From Candidatus Levyibacteriota bacterium (GTDB taxonomy: Bacteria > Patescibacteriota > Microgenomatia > Levybacterales > UBA12049), in assembly GCA_016182185.1 (NCBI GenBank), contig JACOXU010000001.1, positions 274,915 through 338,914 on the forward strand: a stretch of DNA of 64,000 bases, in the 5' to 3' direction. This document shows, piece after piece, positions 57,576-64,000 of this stretch (its first letter is position 1; every line of letters starts with the position of its first letter). The notes below the pieces were generated by a model. It saw only the letters and a list, made by a program, of their open reading frames with translations. It had not been told where the DNA came from and did not search any database. The translations under genes and the position numbers were made by a program.

Positions 57576-58619
57576 ATGCTCACTTTGGGCCAAGCTTCAG
57601 CTATTACCAAAACTTTTGCCAAGTGGACAATAGGGATAATTGGCGCAATTCTGTTAATCCTAATTGCCTTCAGAGTCGGAAAAATAGTAAAAGAAATTAT
57701 TTCGCCTACTCCTCCTGCGCCGCCAACAGTTACATTCGGAAAACTACCCAAGATTGCATTTCCTGAAAAAAATATAGAAGGTCAATTCAGCTTCAGAATT
57801 GACACGCTAACCGGGGCTCTTCCTTCTTTTTCTGACCGGGCAAAAGTATTCAAGATGGTTCCTGACAGACCAGATCTTCTTGCAACTCAAAGAGCAAAAG
57901 ATAAAGTTACAAAGGTAGGATTTAAAGCTGATAGCATTCAAGTTTCAGAAAACATTTACGAGTGGACGGATGATACCCCTCTTGCCAGAAAATTGGTGTT
58001 AAACACTCTTACTTCCAATTTTACGCTTACATCTTCTTTTTTTACCGACCAGACAATTCTTGCCGCTACCAACCTTCCCGATCAAAATAAAGCCGTGTCA
58101 CTTGCTCAATCCTTTTTATCAAACATGTCGTCTCTCCCTGTTGATCTTGACGCTGAGAAAACAAAAGCTACTCTTTTCTCGATAAGAAACGGGACATTGG
58201 TTCCCTCAACAAGTTACTCAGAAACACAAATAGTCAGGGTCGATTTTTTTCAAAAAAATATAGAAAAAATGCCGATCTACTATTCAAATCCGGTAGTTCC
58301 AAATATAAGCTTTTTGGTCGGAGGCGGAGAAAATGATCCTCAAATTGTTCAAGCAAATTATACATATCAAGGAGTAACAGAGGAAAGTGCCACCTATCCG
58401 ATAAAAACTGCCCAAGAAGCCTACTCAGAGCTTGAGGAAGGAAATGCTTATACTGCCTCAAATAATAAGCCCGGGACCGTATCGATAACTAATATTTTTC
58501 TTGCATATTATATAGGAGAAGAAAGACAAGAGTATCTTTTGCCAATCGTTGTCTTTGAAGGAGAAAATAATTTTGTTGCTTATATTTCAGCCGTTAAGGA
58601 CGGATGGTTAAGTAATTAA
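57576..58619 (+). CDS. Hypothetical N-terminally membrane-anchored protein (ORF-track start 57306 overlaps gltX; ATG 57576 preferred)
   Basis: MLTLGQASAITKTFAKWTIGIIGAILLILIAF is a TM anchor, followed by a Pro-rich linker (SPTPPAPPTVTFGKLP) and a roughly 300-aa domain with no recognisable motifs. Confidence 0.4.
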   Translation: MLTLGQASAITKTFAKWTIGIIGAILLILIAFRVGKIVKEIISPTPPAPPTVTFGKLPKIAFPEKNIEGQFSFRIDTLTGALPSFSDRAKVFKMVPDRPDLLATQRAKDKVTKVGFKADSIQVSENIYEWTDDTPLARKLVLNTLTSNFTLTSSFFTDQTILAATNLPDQNKAVSLAQSFLSNMSSLPVDLDAEKTKATLFSIRNGTLVPSTSYSETQIVRVDFFQKNIEKMPIYYSNPVVPNISFLVGGGENDPQIVQANYTYQGVTEESATYPIKTAQEAYSELEEGNAYTASNNKPGTVSITNIFLAYYIGEERQEYLLPIVVFEGENNFVAYISAVKDGWLSN

Positions 58620-59541
58620 TATTTCCGGAAATAAAATCAATGAGTCTTAAGGTATCGGAAAATCTATCATCGCTTCTTAAAACTACAATAATTAAAGTGT
58701 GATCTTTCTCAACTTTTGAAGTAATAAGTACACCGCCTGCCTCGTCTGTAAATCCGGTTTTTACCCCGTTGACGCCGTAGGCTCCCAAAAGTTTGTTTAA
58801 ATTCGAAATGTCATAGATATTCACGCCATCAATGTCTGAGATTATCTTTCTTTTGGTAGCAACAATTTGGGATAAGGTTTTATTATCAAGAGATATTGAT
58901 GCAAGCCTGGCCAGATCAATTGGGCTCGCGTAATCCTCATAATCCAGAAGGCCGGCAGGATCTTCAAAATGCATATTGTAAAGATGGAGCCGTCTGGTGT
59001 TCTCATTCATCTTGTCTATAAATGCTTTTTCTCCTCCTGGAAAGTTTTGAGCAATAACGAAAGCGGCATCATTGGCAGATGGCAAAAGCATCGCATATAA
59101 TAAATCTCCGAAAGTCATTCTCTCGCCCTCTGATAAGCCAATCACTGATCCTTCTATTCCGGTTGATTTGACAGTTAAAATATCAGTCAAATCAAAATAT
59201 TCAAGAGCAGTCAGTGCCGTCATTATCTTCGTAGTTGAGGCCGGTGAGAAACGTAAATTTGGATTTTTGCTAAAAAGAACAACAGATGAATCCTTATCCA
59301 TGATAATTGCAGCTTTGGCAGAAATTTCGGGCGGATTTGTATTTTTTAAAAGCGGATAACTATTTACCTTTGTTGTAATTGGGATCGGCAGTATTTGATT
59401 ATTTAATAAAACCTGCTGAATATAGATATCATAGACAGAAATCATAATTAACAACACTACTACAAAAAGAGGGATTAAGAATATATTGGGTTTTGTGAAG
59501 TTTAATACTGCGTGGTCAACTGACCTGAGAATATCTTTCAT
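58594..59541 (-). CDS. D-alanyl-D-alanine carboxypeptidase (S11 peptidase, PBP5/DacA-like)
   Basis: SxxK (SPASTTKIMTA), SxN (LPSANDAA) and KTG (VKTGFTDEAG) motifs, with an N-terminal TM/signal. Confidence 0.8.
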   Translation of the reverse strand: MKDILRSVDHAVLNFTKPNIFLIPLFVVVLLIMISVYDIYIQQVLLNNQILPIPITTKVNSYPLLKNTNPPEISAKAAIIMDKDSSVVLFSKNPNLRFSPASTTKIMTALTALEYFDLTDILTVKSTGIEGSVIGLSEGERMTFGDLLYAMLLPSANDAAFVIAQNFPGGEKAFIDKMNENTRRLHLYNMHFEDPAGLLDYEDYASPIDLARLASISLDNKTLSQIVATKRKIISDIDGVNIYDISNLNKLLGAYGVNGVKTGFTDEAGGVLITSKVEKDHTLIIVVLRSDDRFSDTLRLIDFISGNINYLTIRP

Positions 59542-60871
59542 CGACTCTCTCCATATCTCTTGGGAAAAGACTTGCCTCTCTAATATTTGACAGTCCTAAA
59601 ATATCCTTAGTCAATCTCTCAAGTCCCATGGCAAATCCTCCCTCAGGCGGCATACCATATGAGAATGCCTGAAGATAAATCCCAAAATTTTCAGGCTTGT
59701 TTTTCCATTTGACAATATTTTCCATCAGTCTGTTATAGTCATTGATTCTTTGACTTCCTGTAACCCATTCCTCATTTATACCCAAAAGATCAAAACTTAA
59801 AGTGTAATCGGGGTTTTCTGAATCAGGCATGGTATAAAACGGTCTTTTTTTAGTCGGATAATGAGTTATAAATACAAATGGCGCACCGTATTCCTCCTTG
59901 GCCCATTTGCATATTTCTTTCTCATCAAAGGGGTCAAGATCCATTTCCTTTCTGTGATCAGTTTTGGTTCTCTTGAAAATTATTTCTTGGGCTTCCTGCA
60001 TCTTAATTCTTGGGATTTTCTTTTTTATCTGAAAGACTGAAGTATTGAATAGTCTAAGTTCATTTTGATTCTTGCTATTAACCTCTTCAAGCATATTTAA
60101 GACTATTTTTTCTGCCATATCCATAAGTTCTTTCCATGAATTGATAAACCCGAATTCCGCATCAAGACTTATGTATTCTGATAAATGTCTGGTTGTCACC
60201 GAAGGTTCTGCTCTATAGGCATGTGCGATTGTAAAAACCCGTTCATAAATTGAAGTCATGATTTGCTTATACATTTGAGGTGATTGAGCAAGATAAGCCT
60301 TGTGATTATAATAGTCAACAGGAAATACTTCCGCTCCTCCTTCAGTTGCAGTTGGAACAAGGGTAGGAACAAAAATTTCTGTAAAATTTTCCTTCTTCAG
60401 CGTTTCCCTAAATGATCCAACAAGTGTTTCCTGAACTTTAAAAATGGCTGAGACTTTGGGATGGCGAAGCGTTAAAGAACGATTATCAAGAAGAGTAGGC
60501 AGTTCAAGATTTAATTCTTCTCCCCCCATGTCAAAGGGCAATGGATTTGCTTTTGCGATAACCTTAATATCTTTTACTTCGATTTCTATTTCTCCGGTCG
60601 GTAAATCCTTATTCACCGTTCCTGATGGTCTTGCTTTTACATTTCCCATTATCTCTATTACAAATTCCGGTTTTATATCCAAGGCAGTTTTATAGGTATT
60701 TTCGGCTATTTTAGGATTTACAACCAATTGAACGATTCCACCTCTGTCTCTTAAATCAAAAAAAATAAGTTTTCCATGATCTCTTCTGGTCTTAACCCAG
60801 CCTTTTAGTAGCACCTCTTTACCTATCAACTCAGGGGCTCCAGAGGAAAGACTTCTTTTTAATTGTTCCAT
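59516..60871 (-). CDS. aspS: Class IIb aspartyl(/asparaginyl)-tRNA synthetase, archaeal/eukaryal-type AspRS-like
   Basis: N-terminal OB-fold LLKGWVKTRRDHGKLIFFDLRDRGGIVQLVV, AQSPQMYKQ, motif 2 AHAYRAEPSVTTRHLSEYISLDAE and motif 3 GGFAMGLERL. 451 aa. Confidence 0.7.
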   Translation of the reverse strand: MEQLKRSLSSGAPELIGKEVLLKGWVKTRRDHGKLIFFDLRDRGGIVQLVVNPKIAENTYKTALDIKPEFVIEIMGNVKARPSGTVNKDLPTGEIEIEVKDIKVIAKANPLPFDMGGEELNLELPTLLDNRSLTLRHPKVSAIFKVQETLVGSFRETLKKENFTEIFVPTLVPTATEGGAEVFPVDYYNHKAYLAQSPQMYKQIMTSIYERVFTIAHAYRAEPSVTTRHLSEYISLDAEFGFINSWKELMDMAEKIVLNMLEEVNSKNQNELRLFNTSVFQIKKKIPRIKMQEAQEIIFKRTKTDHRKEMDLDPFDEKEICKWAKEEYGAPFVFITHYPTKKRPFYTMPDSENPDYTLSFDLLGINEEWVTGSQRINDYNRLMENIVKWKNKPENFGIYLQAFSYGMPPEGGFAMGLERLTKDILGLSNIREASLFPRDMERVDERYSQVS

Positions 60872-60901
60872 TAGCTCTCATTTTACCTTGATTTTACCCT
60901 C

Positions 60902-60930
60902 TTGACAAGGTATATTTAACTTGATATATA
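60902..60930 (+). promoter_or_regulatory. Sigma70-like promoter TTGACA-17-TATATA upstream of a candidate leader peptide
   Basis: TTGACA at 60902-60907 and TATATA at 60925-60930. The ATG of a 16-codon ORF lies at 60943. Confidence 0.45.
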
Positions 60931-60942
60931 TTGATATAGAAC

Positions 60943-60993
60943 ATGAAATTATCTTTGCACACAATTAAGCCTATTTCCCTCTTTATTGTATAA
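60943..60993 (+). CDS. Candidate leader peptide (MKLSLHTIKPISLFIV) of an attenuator
   Basis: 16 codons plus TAA. The stop codon lies inside the loop of the first of three overlapping alternative hairpins. Confidence 0.3.
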   Translation: MKLSLHTIKPISLFIV

Positions 60994-61016
60994 GAGGGAG
61001 GAGGTTTTGTGAAAAT

Positions 61017-61050
61017 CCTCCCAATATTTAAAAACGGGAGGTTTTTTATT
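61017..61050 (+). terminator. Intrinsic terminator-like hairpin (CCTCCC-N13-GGGAGG + TTTTTTATTT) with an upstream competing antiterminator pairing
   Basis: Segment 60996-61004 (GGGAGGAGG) can pair with 61017-61022 (CCTCCC), which alternatively pairs with 61036-61041 (GGGAGG) followed by a T-run. Hairpin 60977-60983 / 60992-60998 (CCCTCTT/AAGAGGG) overlaps the first segment. Confidence 0.4.
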
Positions 61051-61059
61051 TAAGAAACT

Positions 61060-61359
61060 ATGAATAGACAAGAGAAAATAAATGGTTCAAGAAGAATCTC
61101 TGTGCATGATATGCCTGATTTTACTGCCGCACTGGAGCAGTACGGAGAGATATTAAAAACGACAGGGGTGCCTCCTGCCCGCGCAGAAGCATGTACAATG
61201 GGTATTATAGATAAAGCATCAACAAAAAGAGAAGAGGCTAATAGGTTTATTAATTTTGTTGCAAAATTATCTAAAGAAATTCAGAATGGAAATGGAAATC
61301 ACCAAGAAGAGGTCGTCGTTTTCAGCGCTAAAAATGGTTCAGGGAATGGATCGGCGTAA
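61060..61359 (+). CDS. Hypothetical 99-aa protein downstream of the attenuator-like leader
   Basis: ORF with higher GC than neighbours and no recognisable motifs. It overlaps the recJ 3' end convergently by 21 nt. Confidence 0.35.
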   Translation: MNRQEKINGSRRISVHDMPDFTAALEQYGEILKTTGVPPARAEACTMGIIDKASTKREEANRFINFVAKLSKEIQNGNGNHQEEVVVFSAKNGSGNGSA

Positions 61360-63135
61360 ATCCTTGATCTTAAGCTGGAGCTTGCTGTTTCCATTCCATT
61401 CATTTTTTTCAATTTGATAGACAAGATCAATTCTGTCGCCTATTCGAATTTCATTTGAACGCTCACCCATCCCAAACCCTATGCCTTCAATTTTGAGATT
61501 TGAAATTTGAGTTTTGAGATTTAATTTTAGGTGCCTCCCATCCATTCCGACCAGTCTCATATCTTCAATAATTATATTTTTACTCACAAAGGCAGGTTGG
61601 GAATTCCCCATTCCAAACGGAGCAAGTTTTTGCAAAACATTATAGAATTCTTCATTCAAATAATTAATATCAAATTCACAATCGATATAAAGACTTCTGA
61701 CAAACAAGTCTTGAGTTAAAATTTTATCCGCGAGTTTTTCAAGTTTTTTTTGAAGAAGCTCAAGGTTTATTGTTTCGACTGTAAATCCTGCAGCCATCGG
61801 ATGGCCTCCGACATCGACTAATAAATCTGATGCGCTTCTGATAAACTCGACTATATTGAATCCGCTGATCGACCTTGCTGATGCCTTAGAATAAATTTCT
61901 CCTTTTGAGATAACAATAGAGGGTCGATAAAATTCCTCAACTAATTTTCCTGCTATCAATCCGATGACTCCCTGCTGGTACGATTTATCTGCTATTAAAA
62001 GAAGTTTTGGAATTTGTGATTTGGAATTTGTGATTTGAAGTCTTGCGTGTTCAAAAGATTTAAGTGTGATTTCTTGTCTTTTTCTATTGGTATGCCCTAA
62101 TTTGTAAGCCAGATCTTTCGCTCTTTCTTTACTCTTAGTACAAAGGAGTCTTAAGCTATCCATTGCGTACTCAAGCCTGCCCATGGCATTAAGACGCGGA
62201 GCAATAATATGTCCAATTTCATATACGCCAATTAAAACTTGATCGATTCCCGTTTCTTCAATTATTGCCAAAAGGCCGGGTCTTTTGGTTTTCCTTAATT
62301 CCTCAAGACCGAATTTTACAAAAGTCCTATTTGCACCCTTTAAAGGAACCAGATCCGCAATTGTTGCCAAAGCAACAAGTTCAAGATGTCCAAGCGAGGA
62401 GTCCACAAAATTTTCGTTGTGAGCTTTTGCGCCACCTGCGTTTCGGGTTGAGGGAGATTTGACCGCACTGCGAACACGAAAATTTTTGCGGGCGACTTCA
62501 GCATTTATTTCTTGCGCCAGCAAGAATGCTACTCCTGCCCCGCAGACTTGTGTAGTATGGACAAAACTGTAGGCTTTGGGCAATTTTTGTGCCGATACAT
62601 GATGATCTGTAATAATTACATCAATCCCCTCTCTATTGGCAAGATCGACGGCATCATTTGCTACAATTCCATTATCAACAGTGATAATCAAAGAACAATT
62701 TTTTCCGTCCAACTGGCGGATTAAATTTTTAATTCCTGTCTTCGACAGTCCGTACCCTTCATCCATTCTGTGAGGAATATATGGCAATACTTTTGCACCT
62801 AAATCATTTAAGGTTTCCCATAAAATAGCAGTCCCGCAAATTCCATCTACATCATAATCACCATAAATAACAATTTCCTCCTTGCTTATAATCGCTCTAT
62901 TGATTCGGGCAATCGCTTTCTTAAGCTGTTTTTTATCGATGCCAACACTTGAAATCGTTACATCTGAAAGCTTTGGATTTAAAAATTTTTCCTTTTCTTT
63001 TTCGGTTTTAATTCCCCGATTTTCAAGAAGAACGTTTAAAATTTCTTCGATCTTTAATTTTTTATTTTTTATTTTGCCCGCCCCGCTTCGCTTGTCGAGG
63101 CCGGGGAATTTATTTACGATTTTCCATTTTTTCAT
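61339..63135 (-). CDS. recJ: Single-stranded-DNA-specific exonuclease RecJ (DHH/DHHA1)
   Basis: DHH motifs IYGDYDVDGICGTAIL and VIITDHH, a DHHA1-like region (GGHPMAAG) and a C-terminal OB-like domain. 598 aa. It contains two heptamer repeat tracts and GC-rich insert patches. Confidence 0.85.
   Translation of the reverse strand: MKKWKIVNKFPGLDKRSGAGKIKNKKLKIEEILNVLLENRGIKTEKEKEKFLNPKLSDVTISSVGIDKKQLKKAIARINRAIISKEEIVIYGDYDVDGICGTAILWETLNDLGAKVLPYIPHRMDEGYGLSKTGIKNLIRQLDGKNCSLIITVDNGIVANDAVDLANREGIDVIITDHHVSAQKLPKAYSFVHTTQVCGAGVAFLLAQEINAEVARKNFRVRSAVKSPSTRNAGGAKAHNENFVDSSLGHLELVALATIADLVPLKGANRTFVKFGLEELRKTKRPGLLAIIEETGIDQVLIGVYEIGHIIAPRLNAMGRLEYAMDSLRLLCTKSKERAKDLAYKLGHTNRKRQEITLKSFEHARLQITNSKSQIPKLLLIADKSYQQGVIGLIAGKLVEEFYRPSIVISKGEIYSKASARSISGFNIVEFIRSASDLLVDVGGHPMAAGFTVETINLELLQKKLEKLADKILTQDLFVRSLYIDCEFDINYLNEEFYNVLQKLAPFGMGNSQPAFVSKNIIIEDMRLVGMDGRHLKLNLKTQISNLKIEGIGFGMGERSNEIRIGDRIDLVYQIEKNEWNGNSKLQLKIKDLRRSIP
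61492..61526. repeat. Heptanucleotide tandem repeat (TTTGARA-like, 5 units) inside recJ
   Basis: tttgaga tttgaaa tttgagt tttgaga tttaatt. It encodes KTQISNLKIEG. Confidence 0.7.
62005..62039. repeat. Heptanucleotide tandem repeat (ATTTGTG/ATTTGGA, 5 units) inside recJ
   Basis: ttttgga atttgtg atttgga atttgtg atttgaa. It encodes QITNSKSQIPK. Confidence 0.7.
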
Positions 63136-63146
63136 CTGATTTCTTC

Positions 63147-63163
63147 TGCTATACTATAGCAGA
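63147..63163. promoter_or_regulatory. Perfect 8-1-8 palindrome CTGCTATA-C-TATAGCAG in the recJ/cca divergent intergenic region
   Basis: Exact inverted repeat lying 12 nt from the recJ start and 23 nt from the cca start. It contains TATACT/TATAGC -10-like hexamers on both strands. Confidence 0.35.
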
Positions 63164-63185
63164 CACTTTCAAAGCGTGGCAAGGT

Positions 63186-64000
63186 ATGAATATTCCAGCT
63201 GAAATTATCAAAATCTATAAAAAGTTTGAAGAGGCTGGTTTTGAAATTTATCTGGTCGGTGGCTGTGTAAGAAACCTGCTTCTCAAAAAACATGTAAAAG
63301 ACTGGGACATGGCCACAAATGCAACCCCTGAAGACATGCTAAAGCTCTTTCCTAATGCTTTTTACGACAACCAGTTTGGGACAGTTGGAATTCCCCTTAA
63401 AGACTTCAGAATTGCAGATACACCTGAACATCCAGGAGTAGTTGAAACAACAACTTATAGAACTGAGCATGGTTATATAGATCGTAGGCATCCTCAAAAA
63501 GTCTCCTGGGGAAAAACAATCGAGGAAGATCTATCTCGTCGTGATTTCACGATCAATGCAATCGCTCTAAAGATTGAAAATGGCACTACCTCAGATAAAA
63601 TAATTGATCCCTTTGATGGGTCATCTGATTTAAAAAAGAAAATAATTAAAGCCGTTGGCGACCCTAAAAAACGCTTTAAGGAAGATGCTCTCCGCCTTAT
63701 GAGGGCAATAAGATTTGCCGCACAGTTATCGTTTACGATAGATGAGCAAACGTGGATTGAAATTACAAAAGATGCATCTTTGATAAAGGAAATTTCAAGT
63801 GAACGAGTAAGAGATGAACTCTTAAAAATAATAGGAAGTAACTTTCCTTATGAAGGCATTATTCTTCTTAGGAATAGCACTCTTTTGGATCATATAATGC
63901 CTGAGCTTATCGAAGGAATTGATGTTTCGCAAGTCCGCCCTGGAAGGCATCATACAACTGATGTTTTTACTCACAATCTTTTATCTCTCAAATTTTGTCC
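63186..64000 (+). CDS. cca: CCA-adding enzyme / tRNA nucleotidyltransferase (PolyA_pol head domain), partial at window end
   Basis: YLVGGCVRNLLLKKHVKDWDMATNATPEDMLKLF (GG-x-VRD, D-x-D) and RRDFTINA. Open to position 64000. Confidence 0.8.
   Translation, partial: MNIPAEIIKIYKKFEEAGFEIYLVGGCVRNLLLKKHVKDWDMATNATPEDMLKLFPNAFYDNQFGTVGIPLKDFRIADTPEHPGVVETTTYRTEHGYIDRRHPQKVSWGKTIEEDLSRRDFTINAIALKIENGTTSDKIIDPFDGSSDLKKKIIKAVGDPKKRFKEDALRLMRAIRFAAQLSFTIDEQTWIEITKDASLIKEISSERVRDELLKIIGSNFPYEGIILLRNSTLLDHIMPELIEGIDVSQVRPGRHHTTDVFTHNLLSLKFC

Noticed and set aside
60872-61059. T-box riboswitch upstream of aspS (minus strand)
   Set aside because: The reverse strand of the intergenic region lacks the conserved T-box sequence (AATTAGGGTGGTACCGCG-like) and specifier-loop architecture. 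The hairpins are better explained as a plus-strand attenuator.

Overview
The window is AT-rich (roughly 30% GC) bacterial DNA with compact, overlapping genes. Sigma70-type promoters are visible, and archaeal-type AspRS and Cmk-like genes sit among bacterial-type RecJ, LonA, PilB and GluRS genes. Together these suggest a small-genome CPR/Patescibacteria-like bacterium, though that assignment is inference.

The left 38 kb (positions 1-38283) is a single co-directional minus-strand array of about 27 glycosylation genes. It contains at least 17 paralogous polytopic GT-C-fold membrane glycosyltransferase-like proteins in three recurring families: ArnT/PMT-like proteins of about 555 aa, YfhO-like proteins of about 760-800 aa, and an uncharacterized 'HDG...DGQFP-RW' family of about 550 aa. 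It also contains seven GT2 genes (several resembling GtrB/DPM1/CsbB polyprenyl-phosphate sugar synthases), one GT4 gene and a Wzx-like flippase. The array is interrupted only by one small plus-strand 2-TM ORF.

Several genes, mostly in this cluster but also recJ, carry in-frame heptanucleotide (period-7) tandem repeat tracts that encode a shared 'QISNLK'-like peptide. These look like contingency/phase-variation-type tracts.

The right 26 kb holds a small GC-rich island (archaeal-type cytidylate-kinase-like gene, tRNA-Glu(CUC)) and a type IV pilus operon (pilB, pilC, four pilins including a 642-aa pilin with LVIVD-like propeller repeats). It continues with Lon under a CIRCE-like element and a stand-alone MgtE-N/CBS sensor ORF overlapping an NRAMP-family transporter whose metal-site residues are altered. 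Next come a frameshifted tspO, a SpoU methyltransferase, tRNA-Gln(CUG), IMPase, NUDIX, dgkA, a PAP2 phosphatase, gltX, a D-Ala-D-Ala carboxypeptidase, aspS-like, recJ and the start of a CCA-adding enzyme. A candidate leader-peptide transcription attenuator lies upstream of a 99-aa ORF.

All calls rest on reading motifs and architecture directly from the sequence. No database searches were run.
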